DNA from: Candidatus Saccharimonadota bacterium
Lineage (GTDB): Bacteria; Patescibacteriota; Saccharimonadia; Saccharimonadales; UBA4665
Assembly: GCA_963716945.1 (NCBI GenBank)
Contig: OY970322.1
Span: 900,001-932,000, forward strand
Direction of reading: 5' to 3'
DNA length: 32,000 bases
Shown: positions 1 to 6,928 of the stretch, one piece after another
Position numbering within the stretch: the stretch's first letter is position 1
Layout of the letters: each line of letters opens with the position of its first letter
The notes under the pieces: generated by a model
What the model was told of the DNA's origin: nothing
Databases searched by the model: none
What the model saw: the letters and a program-made list of their open reading frames with translations, nothing else
Program-made: the position numbers and the translations under genes

Positions 1-1
1 C

Positions 2-400
2 TATATCATATGAACGGAAAGCCCGGAAGCTGATGATGTGCTGCAGGTAGTCGCGGGCCGGGAAATCGCCGTAAGACAGATGCGTGGTTCTGCCCAGGTC
101 CTCGAAGCCGCTGACGGCGTCGACGGCCCGCTGGTTGTATTTGTCGTAGTTCTCTCGAATGTCGTCGTCTGCGCTAAGCAACGGCTCGTAAGTATCGCCG
201 ACCTCCTCTTTGGTCTTGCCCGCCAGGACATCCGGCACCCAGGCATCGTCATAGGTGTGGTAGCGGACGGCGTCCTTGAGCGTGCCCGGCTTCCGGGACA
301 TGCCCGGCGGCATGGGGATGTCCCACTGGTCGTCGGTTATTCGTTTGATGGACTTTTGAAGCTCCCGGTTAGACGTGATAAATAATTCTTGGATTGTCAT
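2..400 (-). CDS. TIGR03086/DinB-like (mycothiol maleylpyruvate isomerase N-terminal-like) metal-binding protein; first 133 codons only, gene continues beyond the left window edge
   Basis: Absent from the supplied track because there is no stop inside the window. Own translation from ATG 400..398 gives MTIQELFITSNRELQKSIKRITDDQWDIPMPPGMSRKPGTLKDAVRYHTYDDAWVPDVLAGKTKEEVGDTYEPLL...GRTTHLSYGDFPARDYLQHIISFRAFRSYDI, open to position 2. AAGGGGG Shine-Dalgarno lies 7 nt upstream. The DDQW..P.P, WVPDVLAGKTxEEVGD and HLSYGDFP blocks match my memory of the TIGR03086 family. Confidence 0.6.
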   Translation of the reverse strand, partial: MTIQELFITSNRELQKSIKRITDDQWDIPMPPGMSRKPGTLKDAVRYHTYDDAWVPDVLAGKTKEEVGDTYEPLLSADDDIRENYDKYNQRAVDAVSGFEDLGRTTHLSYGDFPARDYLQHIISFRAFRSYDI

Positions 401-494
401 CGTGCTGCCCCCTTACGTTATTTATTAATTCTACACCCGCCGAGCTAGAATCGAGACGCAAAAAATCGGCAAGTCCAAAGCCGGGCCACAGGGC

Positions 495-524
495 TTGCCC
501 GGACTTGCAACGACCGTGTATAAT
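495..524 (+). promoter_or_regulatory. Candidate sigma-70-type promoter of the marR-like operon
   Basis: TTGCCC (495-500), 18-nt spacer, TATAAT (519-524) preceded directly by TG. It lies 40 nt upstream of the ATG at 565. Confidence 0.45.
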
Positions 525-546
525 AATAGTTAGTTACCTAACTATT
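525..546. promoter_or_regulatory. Palindromic operator candidate (MarR autoregulation site)
   Basis: Perfect 9-bp inverted repeat AATAGTTAG-ttac-CTAACTATT lies immediately downstream of the -10 and 19 nt upstream of the marR-like start. This position is typical of MarR-family autorepression. Confidence 0.5.
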
Positions 547-564
547 TAACAATCCAGGGGTAGT

Positions 565-990
565 ATGAACGGCGGGGAAGAACTGCTTTTGTCGACGCTA
601 ATCAAGCGTTGCGGCCGGGCGATTGACGATGACATTAACCGGATGCTCAAACAGCATTCGATTGCCCGGAGCCAATACCGGGCGCTCTACTATGTCGCCC
701 GTTACGGCGAGCCGGCGCAATCGGACCTGATAAAGGTCATGCGCGTTCAGCCCTCGACCCTGACTTCTATCATTGACGGGCTGGTGCGCAAAGGCTGGCT
801 GGTCCGTGTCAAAGACAAGCACGACAAGCGGATCAACCGGTTGAGGCTAACCTCCGAGGGAACCAAAACATTCGGGCAAATCCCCGACCCGGCGCGCAAG
901 CTCCAGACACTGATTCTCAAGACTCTGGACAAGCAGGAAGCCCGGCAATTAGGCGTATCCCTCGAGAAAATTATCAACCAACTAAGCTAA
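565..990 (+). CDS. MarR-family transcriptional regulator
   Basis: 141 aa. Winged-helix MarR pattern: SQYRALYYVARYGEPAQSDLIKVMRVQPSTLTSIIDGLVRKGWLVRVKDKHDKRINRLRLTSEG. It is followed 10 nt later by the next gene. Confidence 0.85.
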   Translation: MNGGEELLLSTLIKRCGRAIDDDINRMLKQHSIARSQYRALYYVARYGEPAQSDLIKVMRVQPSTLTSIIDGLVRKGWLVRVKDKHDKRINRLRLTSEGTKTFGQIPDPARKLQTLILKTLDKQEARQLGVSLEKIINQLS

Positions 991-1000
991 AGGAGGCATC

Positions 1001-1552
1001 ATGGCAAAACAAGACGGCAAAACGGCATTACTGGTAATGGACGTGCAGCCCGGCATAGTCGAGCGGCTCGACAACCCGGACGAATACCTGGCAAAGGTCA
1101 GGGCGGCCGTGGCTGCGGCCCGCCAGAGCCGGATACCGGTCATTTACGTGGTGGTCGGCTTCCGCCCTGGCCTGCCGGAAATCAATCCGCGCAACAAATC
1201 CTTCGGCGCTATCAAGCAAACCGTCCGGCCGTCCATGATCAACCCGCAGCCGGCCCTGCCGGTCGAAGATGGCGATATCGTCGTGGTCAAGCGGCGGGTC
1301 AGCGCCTTCAGCGGCAGCGACCTGGAAGTCGTGCTGCGCGGCCAGGGCGTCAGCCACCTGGTACTGACCGGCATCGCGACCAGCGGCGTCGTGCTGTCAA
1401 CGGTCCGGGAGGCGGCCGACAAGGATTTCCAGCTGACCGTACTGTCGGACCTGTGCGCCGATTTCGATCCCGAAGTCAATGCCGTGCTGCTGGAAAAAGT
1501 CTTCCCCAGGCAAGCCGAGGTCATCAGCAGCGAGGAATGGCCGAATGTTTAA
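1001..1552 (+). CDS. Isochorismatase-fold (cysteine hydrolase superfamily) protein
   Basis: 183 aa. AAGGAGG SD. LLVMDVQ (Asp), VVKRRVSAFSGSDLEVVLRGQG (Lys) and HLVLTGIATSGVVLSTVREA blocks are typical of the fold. The expected nucleophile Cys position reads Val (see findings). Confidence 0.75.
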   Translation: MAKQDGKTALLVMDVQPGIVERLDNPDEYLAKVRAAVAAARQSRIPVIYVVVGFRPGLPEINPRNKSFGAIKQTVRPSMINPQPALPVEDGDIVVVKRRVSAFSGSDLEVVLRGQGVSHLVLTGIATSGVVLSTVREAADKDFQLTVLSDLCADFDPEVNAVLLEKVFPRQAEVISSEEWPNV

Positions 1553-3242
1553 CCGGCTCCGCGAACACGGCCAGCTGAGCAGCCCCAACTATAAATGGGT
1601 AGCCTTGGCCAATACCACGCTGGGCGTCGTTATGGCGACGATTGATTCGTCGATTATGCTGATCGCTCTGCCCGATATTTTTCGCGGCATCAAGCTCAAC
1701 CCGCTGCTGCCGGGCAACAGTTTTTACCTGTTATGGATGATATTGAGCTTCCTGATTGTCAGTAGCGTGCTGGTGGTCAGCTTCGGCCGGCTGGGCGACA
1801 TGTACGGCCGGGTCAAGATGTATACGCTCGGCTTCTTTATATATACCGTATCCTCGATATTATTGACGGTTACCTGGATGCACGGCTCGTCGGCAGCATT
1901 GTATCTGGTTCTTATGCGGGTAGTCCAAGGTGTCGGAGCGGCTTTCATTATTGCCAACTCGGCGGCCATATTGACCGATGCCTTCCCGGCCAGCCAGCGC
2001 GGCATGGCGCTGGGCATCAATAACGTGGCCGGCATTAGCGGCGTGTTCATCGGTCTGGTCCTGGGCGGCTTGCTGGGGCCGATTGATTGGCGGCTGATTT
2101 TCCTGGTGTCGGTGCCGTTCGGCATAATCGGTACCCTCTGGGCTTATTACATGCTGGAAGACCCGAACGATACGACGGGCGGGGGCAGCATTGATTGGCT
2201 CGGCAATATCACCTTTTCGCTGGGTCTGATCCTGGTCATGATAGGTATCACTTACGGTATTGAACCGCACGGCGTCCACACTATGGGCTGGACCAGCCCG
2301 GCCGTCCTGGCGGAGCTTATCGGCGGCGGGGTGTTGCTGGCGGCTTTCGTCTACATCGAGAATATCGTCAAGGAACCGATGTTCCGGCTGCACCTGTTCA
2401 AGATCAGGGCTTTCACGGCCGGGGTGCTATCGAGTTTCTTATCGTCCGTCGCCAGAGGCGGCTTGATGTTCATGCTGATTATCTGGCTGCAGGGCATCTG
2501 GCTGCCGCTGCATGGCTACAGCTTCGACCGGACCCCGCTGTGGGCCGGCATATTCATGCTGCCCTTAACGGCCGGCTTCCTGGTTGCCGGACCGGTTTCG
2601 GGGATCCTGTCGGACAAGTTCGGCTCGCGGCCGTTTGCCACGGCCGGCATGATCGGTTCGGCGGCTTCGTTCATCCTGCTTGAACTGCTGCCGATAGACT
2701 TTAACTATTTGGCTTTCGCCTTTATCCTGCTGCTGATGGGCATCTCGATGGGCTGTTTCGCTTCGCCCAACCGCGTAGGTGTCATGAATAGCCTGCCGCC
2801 GGAAGAGCGCGGCGCCGGCGGCGGTATGAACGCCACCTTTCAGAACTCGGCCCAGGTGCTGTCAATCGGGATTTTCTTCACGCTGATGATCGTCGGGCTG
2901 GCGGCCAAGCTGCCCAGCCATTTATACGCCGGCCTGACCAAGTACGGCGTGGCGCCGGCGGTAGCGGCAAGCGTGTCCCACTTGCCGCCGGTGTCGGTGC
3001 TGTTCGCGGCTTTCCTAGGCTACAATCCGGTCCAGCAACTGCTTAAACCTCAGGTGTTCCAGTCCATACCGAAGCACGACCAGACCGTGTTGACCGGACA
3101 CGCCTTTTTCCCGCAACTCATCAGCCAGCCGTTTTCATCCGGCTTGCGCGAAGCTTTCGCCTTCGCCATTATCGCCTGCTTGATCGCGGCGGCGGCTTCC
3201 TGGTTCCGCGGCAAAAAGTACGTCCACGGCGACAACGATTAG
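1545..3242 (+). CDS. MFS transporter, DHA2 (EmrB/QacA-like, ~14 TM) family
   Basis: Track ORF 1479-3242. The likely true start is ATG 1545 (MFNRLREHG...), overlapping the upstream stop as ATGTTTAA. VALANTTLGVVMATIDSSIMLIALPDI and GRLGDMYGRVKMY motifs are present, and the protein is hydrophobic throughout. Confidence 0.85.
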   Translation: MFNRLREHGQLSSPNYKWVALANTTLGVVMATIDSSIMLIALPDIFRGIKLNPLLPGNSFYLLWMILSFLIVSSVLVVSFGRLGDMYGRVKMYTLGFFIYTVSSILLTVTWMHGSSAALYLVLMRVVQGVGAAFIIANSAAILTDAFPASQRGMALGINNVAGISGVFIGLVLGGLLGPIDWRLIFLVSVPFGIIGTLWAYYMLEDPNDTTGGGSIDWLGNITFSLGLILVMIGITYGIEPHGVHTMGWTSPAVLAELIGGGVLLAAFVYIENIVKEPMFRLHLFKIRAFTAGVLSSFLSSVARGGLMFMLIIWLQGIWLPLHGYSFDRTPLWAGIFMLPLTAGFLVAGPVSGILSDKFGSRPFATAGMIGSAASFILLELLPIDFNYLAFAFILLLMGISMGCFASPNRVGVMNSLPPEERGAGGGMNATFQNSAQVLSIGIFFTLMIVGLAAKLPSHLYAGLTKYGVAPAVAASVSHLPPVSVLFAAFLGYNPVQQLLKPQVFQSIPKHDQTVLTGHAFFPQLISQPFSSGLREAFAFAIIACLIAAAASWFRGKKYVHGDND

Positions 3243-3276
3243 CCGGCCGCGGCCCCTACAAACGCCAAGCTTATAT

Positions 3277-3305
3277 TTGACCAAACGTAGTTTTTGTGGT
3301 ACTTT
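3277..3305 (+). promoter_or_regulatory. Candidate promoter TTGACC-17-TACTTT
   Basis: TTGACC 3277-3282, 17-nt spacer, TGgTACTTT with hexamer at 3300-3305. It ends 11 nt before ATG 3317, implying a very short leader with no SD. The same architecture recurs at 10731-10759. Confidence 0.4.
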
Positions 3306-3316
3306 AACTGCAATTT

Positions 3317-3964
3317 ATGAGTAATCCGTATTTCGATGCCTGCCGGCAAGCCGCGGCTAATATAGACGTCCCGGCTTTGTCCGAACTTGAGCCGGCGGCC
3401 GCCATAGGCCGGGGCAGTTTCTTCGCTTTTTCCCCGCTGGGCCAGCTTAGCCTGGGCGGGCCTAAACCGGTTTATGCCGGCCTTAAAAGGCCTAACATCG
3501 CGCTCTGGCGGCCGATAGTCCGCCTGGAGCAAGAACTCACCTTCATCGCTACAGTGATTGACCACAGCCCCGAATTCCAGGCTCTGGTGCCGGCATTTAT
3601 GGGTTTGGTCGCCATCGAGGGCGAGGAAGAGGCGACGGCTATACTAACCGAGGACGCGTCGGAAGGCGGACGGCACGCGGTCGTCTCGAGGCCGGCCAGC
3701 CCGGATGTGCGCCGCATGCTGATGAAACCGTTTGAGCAGCCGGCCGGTAATGATGCCGAGCTAAACCGGGTAAGGTGCAATCGTATTTTGGCATTTAACG
3801 TTAGTGGCCGGCAGCGGCTGCTTGATTTTACGCCGTTTCCGGTTAACAACGTTAGCGGTCATGCCTCATACACCGCCAACTCGTTGCCGGCCATGGACCT
3901 GGCGGCCGAGACGACGATACGGGTACCGGCGGATTCGCCTTTGGGCCGGCACCTCGTCCGGTAA
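3317..3964 (+). CDS. Hypothetical protein (no recognisable family)
   Basis: 215-aa ORF with moderately GC3-rich codons (about two thirds in the first 70 codons by hand count) and its own promoter-like element. No motif recognised. Confidence 0.45.
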   Translation: MSNPYFDACRQAAANIDVPALSELEPAAAIGRGSFFAFSPLGQLSLGGPKPVYAGLKRPNIALWRPIVRLEQELTFIATVIDHSPEFQALVPAFMGLVAIEGEEEATAILTEDASEGGRHAVVSRPASPDVRRMLMKPFEQPAGNDAELNRVRCNRILAFNVSGRQRLLDFTPFPVNNVSGHASYTANSLPAMDLAAETTIRVPADSPLGRHLVR

Positions 3965-4023
3965 TCCGTTTGTCAGGCGGCCGGAACGGACGGGTCACCA
4001 GCCGCTTATGCTATATTGAAAAC

Positions 4024-4350
4024 ATGCATTATCTGGGCCTACGGCATAAGTACGAACGCCGGCAAGGTTTGAAGAAACAGCGCGAGACGCCTTATACGGT
4101 TTTCCTGGATAAGCTGACTTTTGTCGTCGGCGTGATCGGCCCTTTCACCGTCTTGCCGCAGATTTACAGCATCTTCTCATCGCGGTCGGCGGCCGGCGTT
4201 TCGCTAACTACCTGGGTCCTGATATTTATCGTGACTTTCCCCTGGATTTTGTACGGTATCGCCCACAAGGAGAAAAACATCATCGTTAGCTTTATCCTAT
4301 GGGAAATGGTTAACCTGGCAGTGGTTATCGGCGTGCTTATGTATGGCTGA
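4024..4350 (+). CDS. PQ-loop / SemiSWEET-like 3-TM membrane protein
   Basis: Track ORF 3970-4350. The likely start is ATG 4024 (MHYLGLRHKY...). FVVGVIGPFTVLPQIYSIFSSRSAAGVSLTTWVLIFIVTFPWILYGI carries the PQ motif and the W..YG pattern of SemiSWEETs. Confidence 0.6.
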   Translation: MHYLGLRHKYERRQGLKKQRETPYTVFLDKLTFVVGVIGPFTVLPQIYSIFSSRSAAGVSLTTWVLIFIVTFPWILYGIAHKEKNIIVSFILWEMVNLAVVIGVLMYG

Positions 4351-4379
4351 GAATGAGGAAGCTCTACCGGGCAGGGGGC

Positions 4380-4529
4380 CTATTGGCCGTATTTTTGGCC
4401 GCCATAACCGCTAGGGGCGCTGTCATGGTTCGTCTTGGAGTCGCCTGTCAGGATACCGATAATCGTGGAGAAGCCGAACAACGAGACGATGCTCATGCCG
4501 ATAGTCACCAGAAACTGCTGGCGCGTCAT
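4380..4529 (-). CDS. Small single-TM protein (49 aa)
   Basis: Track ORF 4380-4619 begins at a GTG. Codons 4530-4619 are A/T-rich at third positions, whereas from ATG 4529 (MTRQQFLVTIGMSIVSLFGFSTIIGILTGDSKTNHDSAPSGYGGQKYGQ) GC3 is high like other genes here. A possible own promoter is TTGACA (4626-4621), 17 nt, TAAGCT (4603-4598). The antisense ORF 4353-4553 has poorer codon bias. Confidence 0.45.
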   Translation of the reverse strand: MTRQQFLVTIGMSIVSLFGFSTIIGILTGDSKTNHDSAPSGYGGQKYGQ

Positions 4530-4637
4530 TTCCCGATTGAGAACTTGCTCTAGTTTAGACACCTGTACCCCGCCTGTCCACGTTCTTTTCAATATTAAGC
4601 TTACGCTTCGGCCCGTCACCTGTCAATCTGTAAAACA

Positions 4638-5255
4638 TCAGTTGGCCACGGCCGTGTAGGTAACTTGGCTGGCGTAAGCGCCGCTAGGCACGCTGGTGTC
4701 GGCGCAAACTCCGTACCAGACCGTCGTCGTGACCGCCGGGTCGGCCGCCGTCGAGGTGCTGGCGAGCGTATCGGCCGTTTGGTTGCTGGCTTTGATGCCG
4801 GCAAATAGCGTGCCGCTGGGGCTGACATTGGACTGGGCGGTTGTCGGACCGGCACCGAAACTGCCCAAGCCGTCCACCCGGTAACCCCAGGCATTGCCGG
4901 ACAAAGCCGCCGGGCTGGCCAGAGTGCCGCTGCCGGCACTAATCGAAGAGCTGCCGTTGATCAGGCCGGTATTGGTACTATTGTCAGCCAGGGTCAGCGT
5001 ATAGCCGTTGGTATCATCGGTCATAACTGAAGCGGTATCGCTTTGGATGGTGCATTTGCCGCCGGCGGCCGGCGTTATGTTAAGGCTGACATTGCCGCTG
5101 CTAACGAGAGTGATACTGCAGGCCGAGCCGTAAACGCAGGAATTGTAGCTGCCGCTGCCATAAGTACCGGTAGCGTAGGCCAAGACTCTGGGGCTGACCC
5201 AGGCCGCGGCGGCGGTTAAAGCCAGAACCGAAAGCCAGACCAGACGCCTGGCCAT
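4638..5255 (-). CDS. Secreted Thr/Ser/Gly-rich beta-rich surface subunit, paralogue 1 (WxL-like / SCPU-like)
   Basis: 205 aa with a signal peptide (MARRLVWLSVLALTAAAAWV). It shares ...SDTASV.TDD.NGYTLTLA...NAWGYRVDGLG.FGAGPT...TVWYGV.ADTS.PSGAY...VTYTAVAN-COOH with 6178-6774 and 6929-7567. Its start overlaps the upstream stop (TAATG at 5253-5257). Confidence 0.6.
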   Translation of the reverse strand: MARRLVWLSVLALTAAAAWVSPRVLAYATGTYGSGSYNSCVYGSACSITLVSSGNVSLNITPAAGGKCTIQSDTASVMTDDTNGYTLTLADNSTNTGLINGSSSISAGSGTLASPAALSGNAWGYRVDGLGSFGAGPTTAQSNVSPSGTLFAGIKASNQTADTLASTSTAADPAVTTTVWYGVCADTSVPSGAYASQVTYTAVAN

Positions 5256-6166
5256 TATGGTTTAGCTTTTTTGGCTTTGGCCGACCGGCGCCGATAGGCA
5301 TAGCGTAAGACGCCCAGTAGGATTATCACGAGCAGGATGGCGCCCAGGACCAGGCGCACCGTTTGCGACATCACGAACACCCATTTGGTCGGCAGAGTTT
5401 TGTGCTGGTTAAGGAAGCTGACCGTACCGGTTACCTTGAAAATGCCGATGGCCGGCGCTTTGTTCCAGCTGATGGTTACCCGGCGGACGGTTTGGGGCAG
5501 GACCTCTTTGGTCGTGTTTAAGCTGAGTTTCGAGCTGCCGAAAGCGTCCCGGACGTTAACCTGAATGGTGGCGGGGTAATGGATGGTGCCGTCGTTTTCC
5601 AGCCGCAGGACGGCCGTTAATGGCGGTTTCTGGAAAAGGTCGGATTGCCAGCTGGCTACTTCGCCTTTTCTGGTGACCGGGCCGGCGGCTTGAATGTAGA
5701 ATATTTCGCCGACGCGTTCGTTAAGGGTTATGCCGTTGGCGCTCTTGGGGTATTGGGTCTGGGCGAAAACAGCCGCGTAATAGCCGCCAGGGGGCGTGTC
5801 GGCGGGCATATTGATAGCGTAATTAACGGTAATCGATTGGCCGGGATTAACGTGACCCCCGGGCGTCGAAAACGAGAACCAGCTCTTAACGTTCGGGGCG
5901 GTCGGCAGAAACGTAAAATCCGGCGTGTAGTCTTCGCCCTTGACCCGGTACGGAGTGCTATAAATCTGAAAACTGTACGGCGCGGCGCCCTGGTTCAGCA
6001 CTTGCAGCGAACCTTTATATATCGAACCGGGCCTAATCGTCGGGCTGGCGGAAGTCGGCGTCATAGTTATGGCCTGCGGGGCCGCGTGGGCCGATCCGCC
6101 GCCCAACGAAAGCGCTCCGAACAAGACCAGGCCCGCGACAATTGGCAACCGGTAGAGGCGTCTCAT
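5255..6166 (-). CDS. Two-domain surface protein with C-terminal membrane anchor (DUF916/DUF3324, WxL-interacting-protein-like)
   Basis: 303 aa. Signal peptide MRRLYRLPIVAGLVLFGALSLGGGSAHA. The first half is ...IRPGSIYKGSLQVLNQGAAPYSFQIYS...VKSWFSF...VNPGQSITVNYAINMPADTPPGGYYAAVF. The second half is ...LRLENDGTIHYPATIQVNV...VLPQTVRRVTISW. A C-terminal TM helix (LVLGAILLVIILLGVL) precedes a basic tail RYAYRRRSAKAKKAKP. This layout matches CscA/DufA-type proteins as I remember them. Confidence 0.6.
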   Translation of the reverse strand: MRRLYRLPIVAGLVLFGALSLGGGSAHAAPQAITMTPTSASPTIRPGSIYKGSLQVLNQGAAPYSFQIYSTPYRVKGEDYTPDFTFLPTAPNVKSWFSFSTPGGHVNPGQSITVNYAINMPADTPPGGYYAAVFAQTQYPKSANGITLNERVGEIFYIQAAGPVTRKGEVASWQSDLFQKPPLTAVLRLENDGTIHYPATIQVNVRDAFGSSKLSLNTTKEVLPQTVRRVTISWNKAPAIGIFKVTGTVSFLNQHKTLPTKWVFVMSQTVRLVLGAILLVIILLGVLRYAYRRRSAKAKKAKP

Positions 6167-6177
6167 GCTTATTTAAT

Positions 6178-6774
6178 TCAGTTCGCGGTAGCAGTATACG
6201 TAACACTATTGGTGTAGGTGCCCGAAGGCTGGCTGGTGTTGGCGGCCACGCCGTACCAGATGGTCGTCGTATCGCTGGAAGCGACGCCCGAAGTCGTCTT
6301 CAGGGTGTTGGGTGAAGCCGTGGCCGGCACGGCGGCGAATTTGATGCTGGCGCTGATGGCGGCGCTGTTCTGGCCCGAAGTGGGACCGGCGCCGAAGCCG
6401 CCGATGCCGTCAACCCGGTAGCCCCAGGTGTTGGCGGCCATGACTACCGGCGTGGTTTGGGTACCGCTAGAAGCTGGGATGGTGTCGGAGCCGGATACTA
6501 GCGTGGAGCCGGCGCCGGTTTCGGCGAGCTGCAAAGTATAGCCGGATGAGTCATTAGTGCTGACAGTCGCCGTGTCGCTGGCGATGGTCTGGGCACCGGA
6601 GCCGGTCGGCACGACGTTGACGTTAACCGTGCCGTTAGTCGTGAAGAGGCTTATGACAGGGCTAATTGTTGAACTGATGGTCGTCGATGCGGTCAAGGCC
6701 GACACGGCGGCCGAAGTACCGAACAGCAACAGGATTGGCAGCACTAGCAGAGATGATAGTTTTAATTTTTTCAA
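6178..6774 (-). CDS. Secreted Thr/Ser/Gly-rich surface subunit, paralogue 2 (WxL-like / SCPU-like)
   Basis: 198 aa. TTG start at 6774 with a strong GGAGGA SD 6 nt upstream. Signal peptide MKKLKLSSLLVLPILLLFGTSAAVSALTA. It has the family C-terminus TIWYGVAANTSQPSGTYTNSVTYTATAN. Confidence 0.65.
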   Translation of the reverse strand: MKKLKLSSLLVLPILLLFGTSAAVSALTASTTISSTISPVISLFTTNGTVNVNVVPTGSGAQTIASDTATVSTNDSSGYTLQLAETGAGSTLVSGSDTIPASSGTQTTPVVMAANTWGYRVDGIGGFGAGPTSGQNSAAISASIKFAAVPATASPNTLKTTSGVASSDTTTIWYGVAANTSQPSGTYTNSVTYTATAN

Positions 6775-6803
6775 GTAAACTCCTCCAAGAACCCCTAATG
6801 GCT

Positions 6804-6826
6804 ATTTATGCTTGCTATATTAGCAT
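6804..6826. promoter_or_regulatory. Palindrome overlapping the predicted transcription start (operator candidate)
   Basis: TTATGCT-tgctatatt-AGCATAA is a 7-bp inverted repeat. The same right arm can alternatively pair with the inner TGCTA (6811-6815 with 6819-23) because TGCT is tandemly duplicated. Confidence 0.4.
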
Positions 6827-6829
6827 AAC

Positions 6830-6858
6830 GAATTACAAAATTAAGGCTTAATTAAATC
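6830..6858 (-). promoter_or_regulatory. Candidate internal promoter for paralogue 2 and downstream genes
   Basis: Read on the minus strand: TTGATT (6858-6853), 17 nt, TGTAAT (6835-6830). It sits inside the 154-bp AT-rich spacer between paralogues 3 and 2. Confidence 0.4.
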
Positions 6859-6928
6859 AAAAGGCTGTGTATAAAGCGGCGATTTACCCTACCCACCCTT
6901 ATAAAATTGTTGCAAAATTACCTACGCG

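Noticed and set aside
1479-1544. Upstream extension of the DHA2 MFS ORF
   Set aside because: It overlaps the end of the isochorismatase-fold gene. ATG 1545 gives the expected MFS N-terminus and an ATGTTTAA overlap.
4353-4553. 66-aa plus-strand ORF beginning MRKLYRAGGLL..., reminiscent of the MRRLYR start of the DUF916-like protein
   Set aside because: Third-codon-position composition is mixed, while the opposite-strand 49-aa ORF has genome-typical high GC3. The C-terminal two thirds are highly charged and unlike a secreted protein. The N-terminal resemblance is judged coincidental.
5645-6217. 190-aa plus-strand ORF
   Set aside because: It is antisense to the DUF916-like gene. It is Arg/Gly-rich shadow frame.
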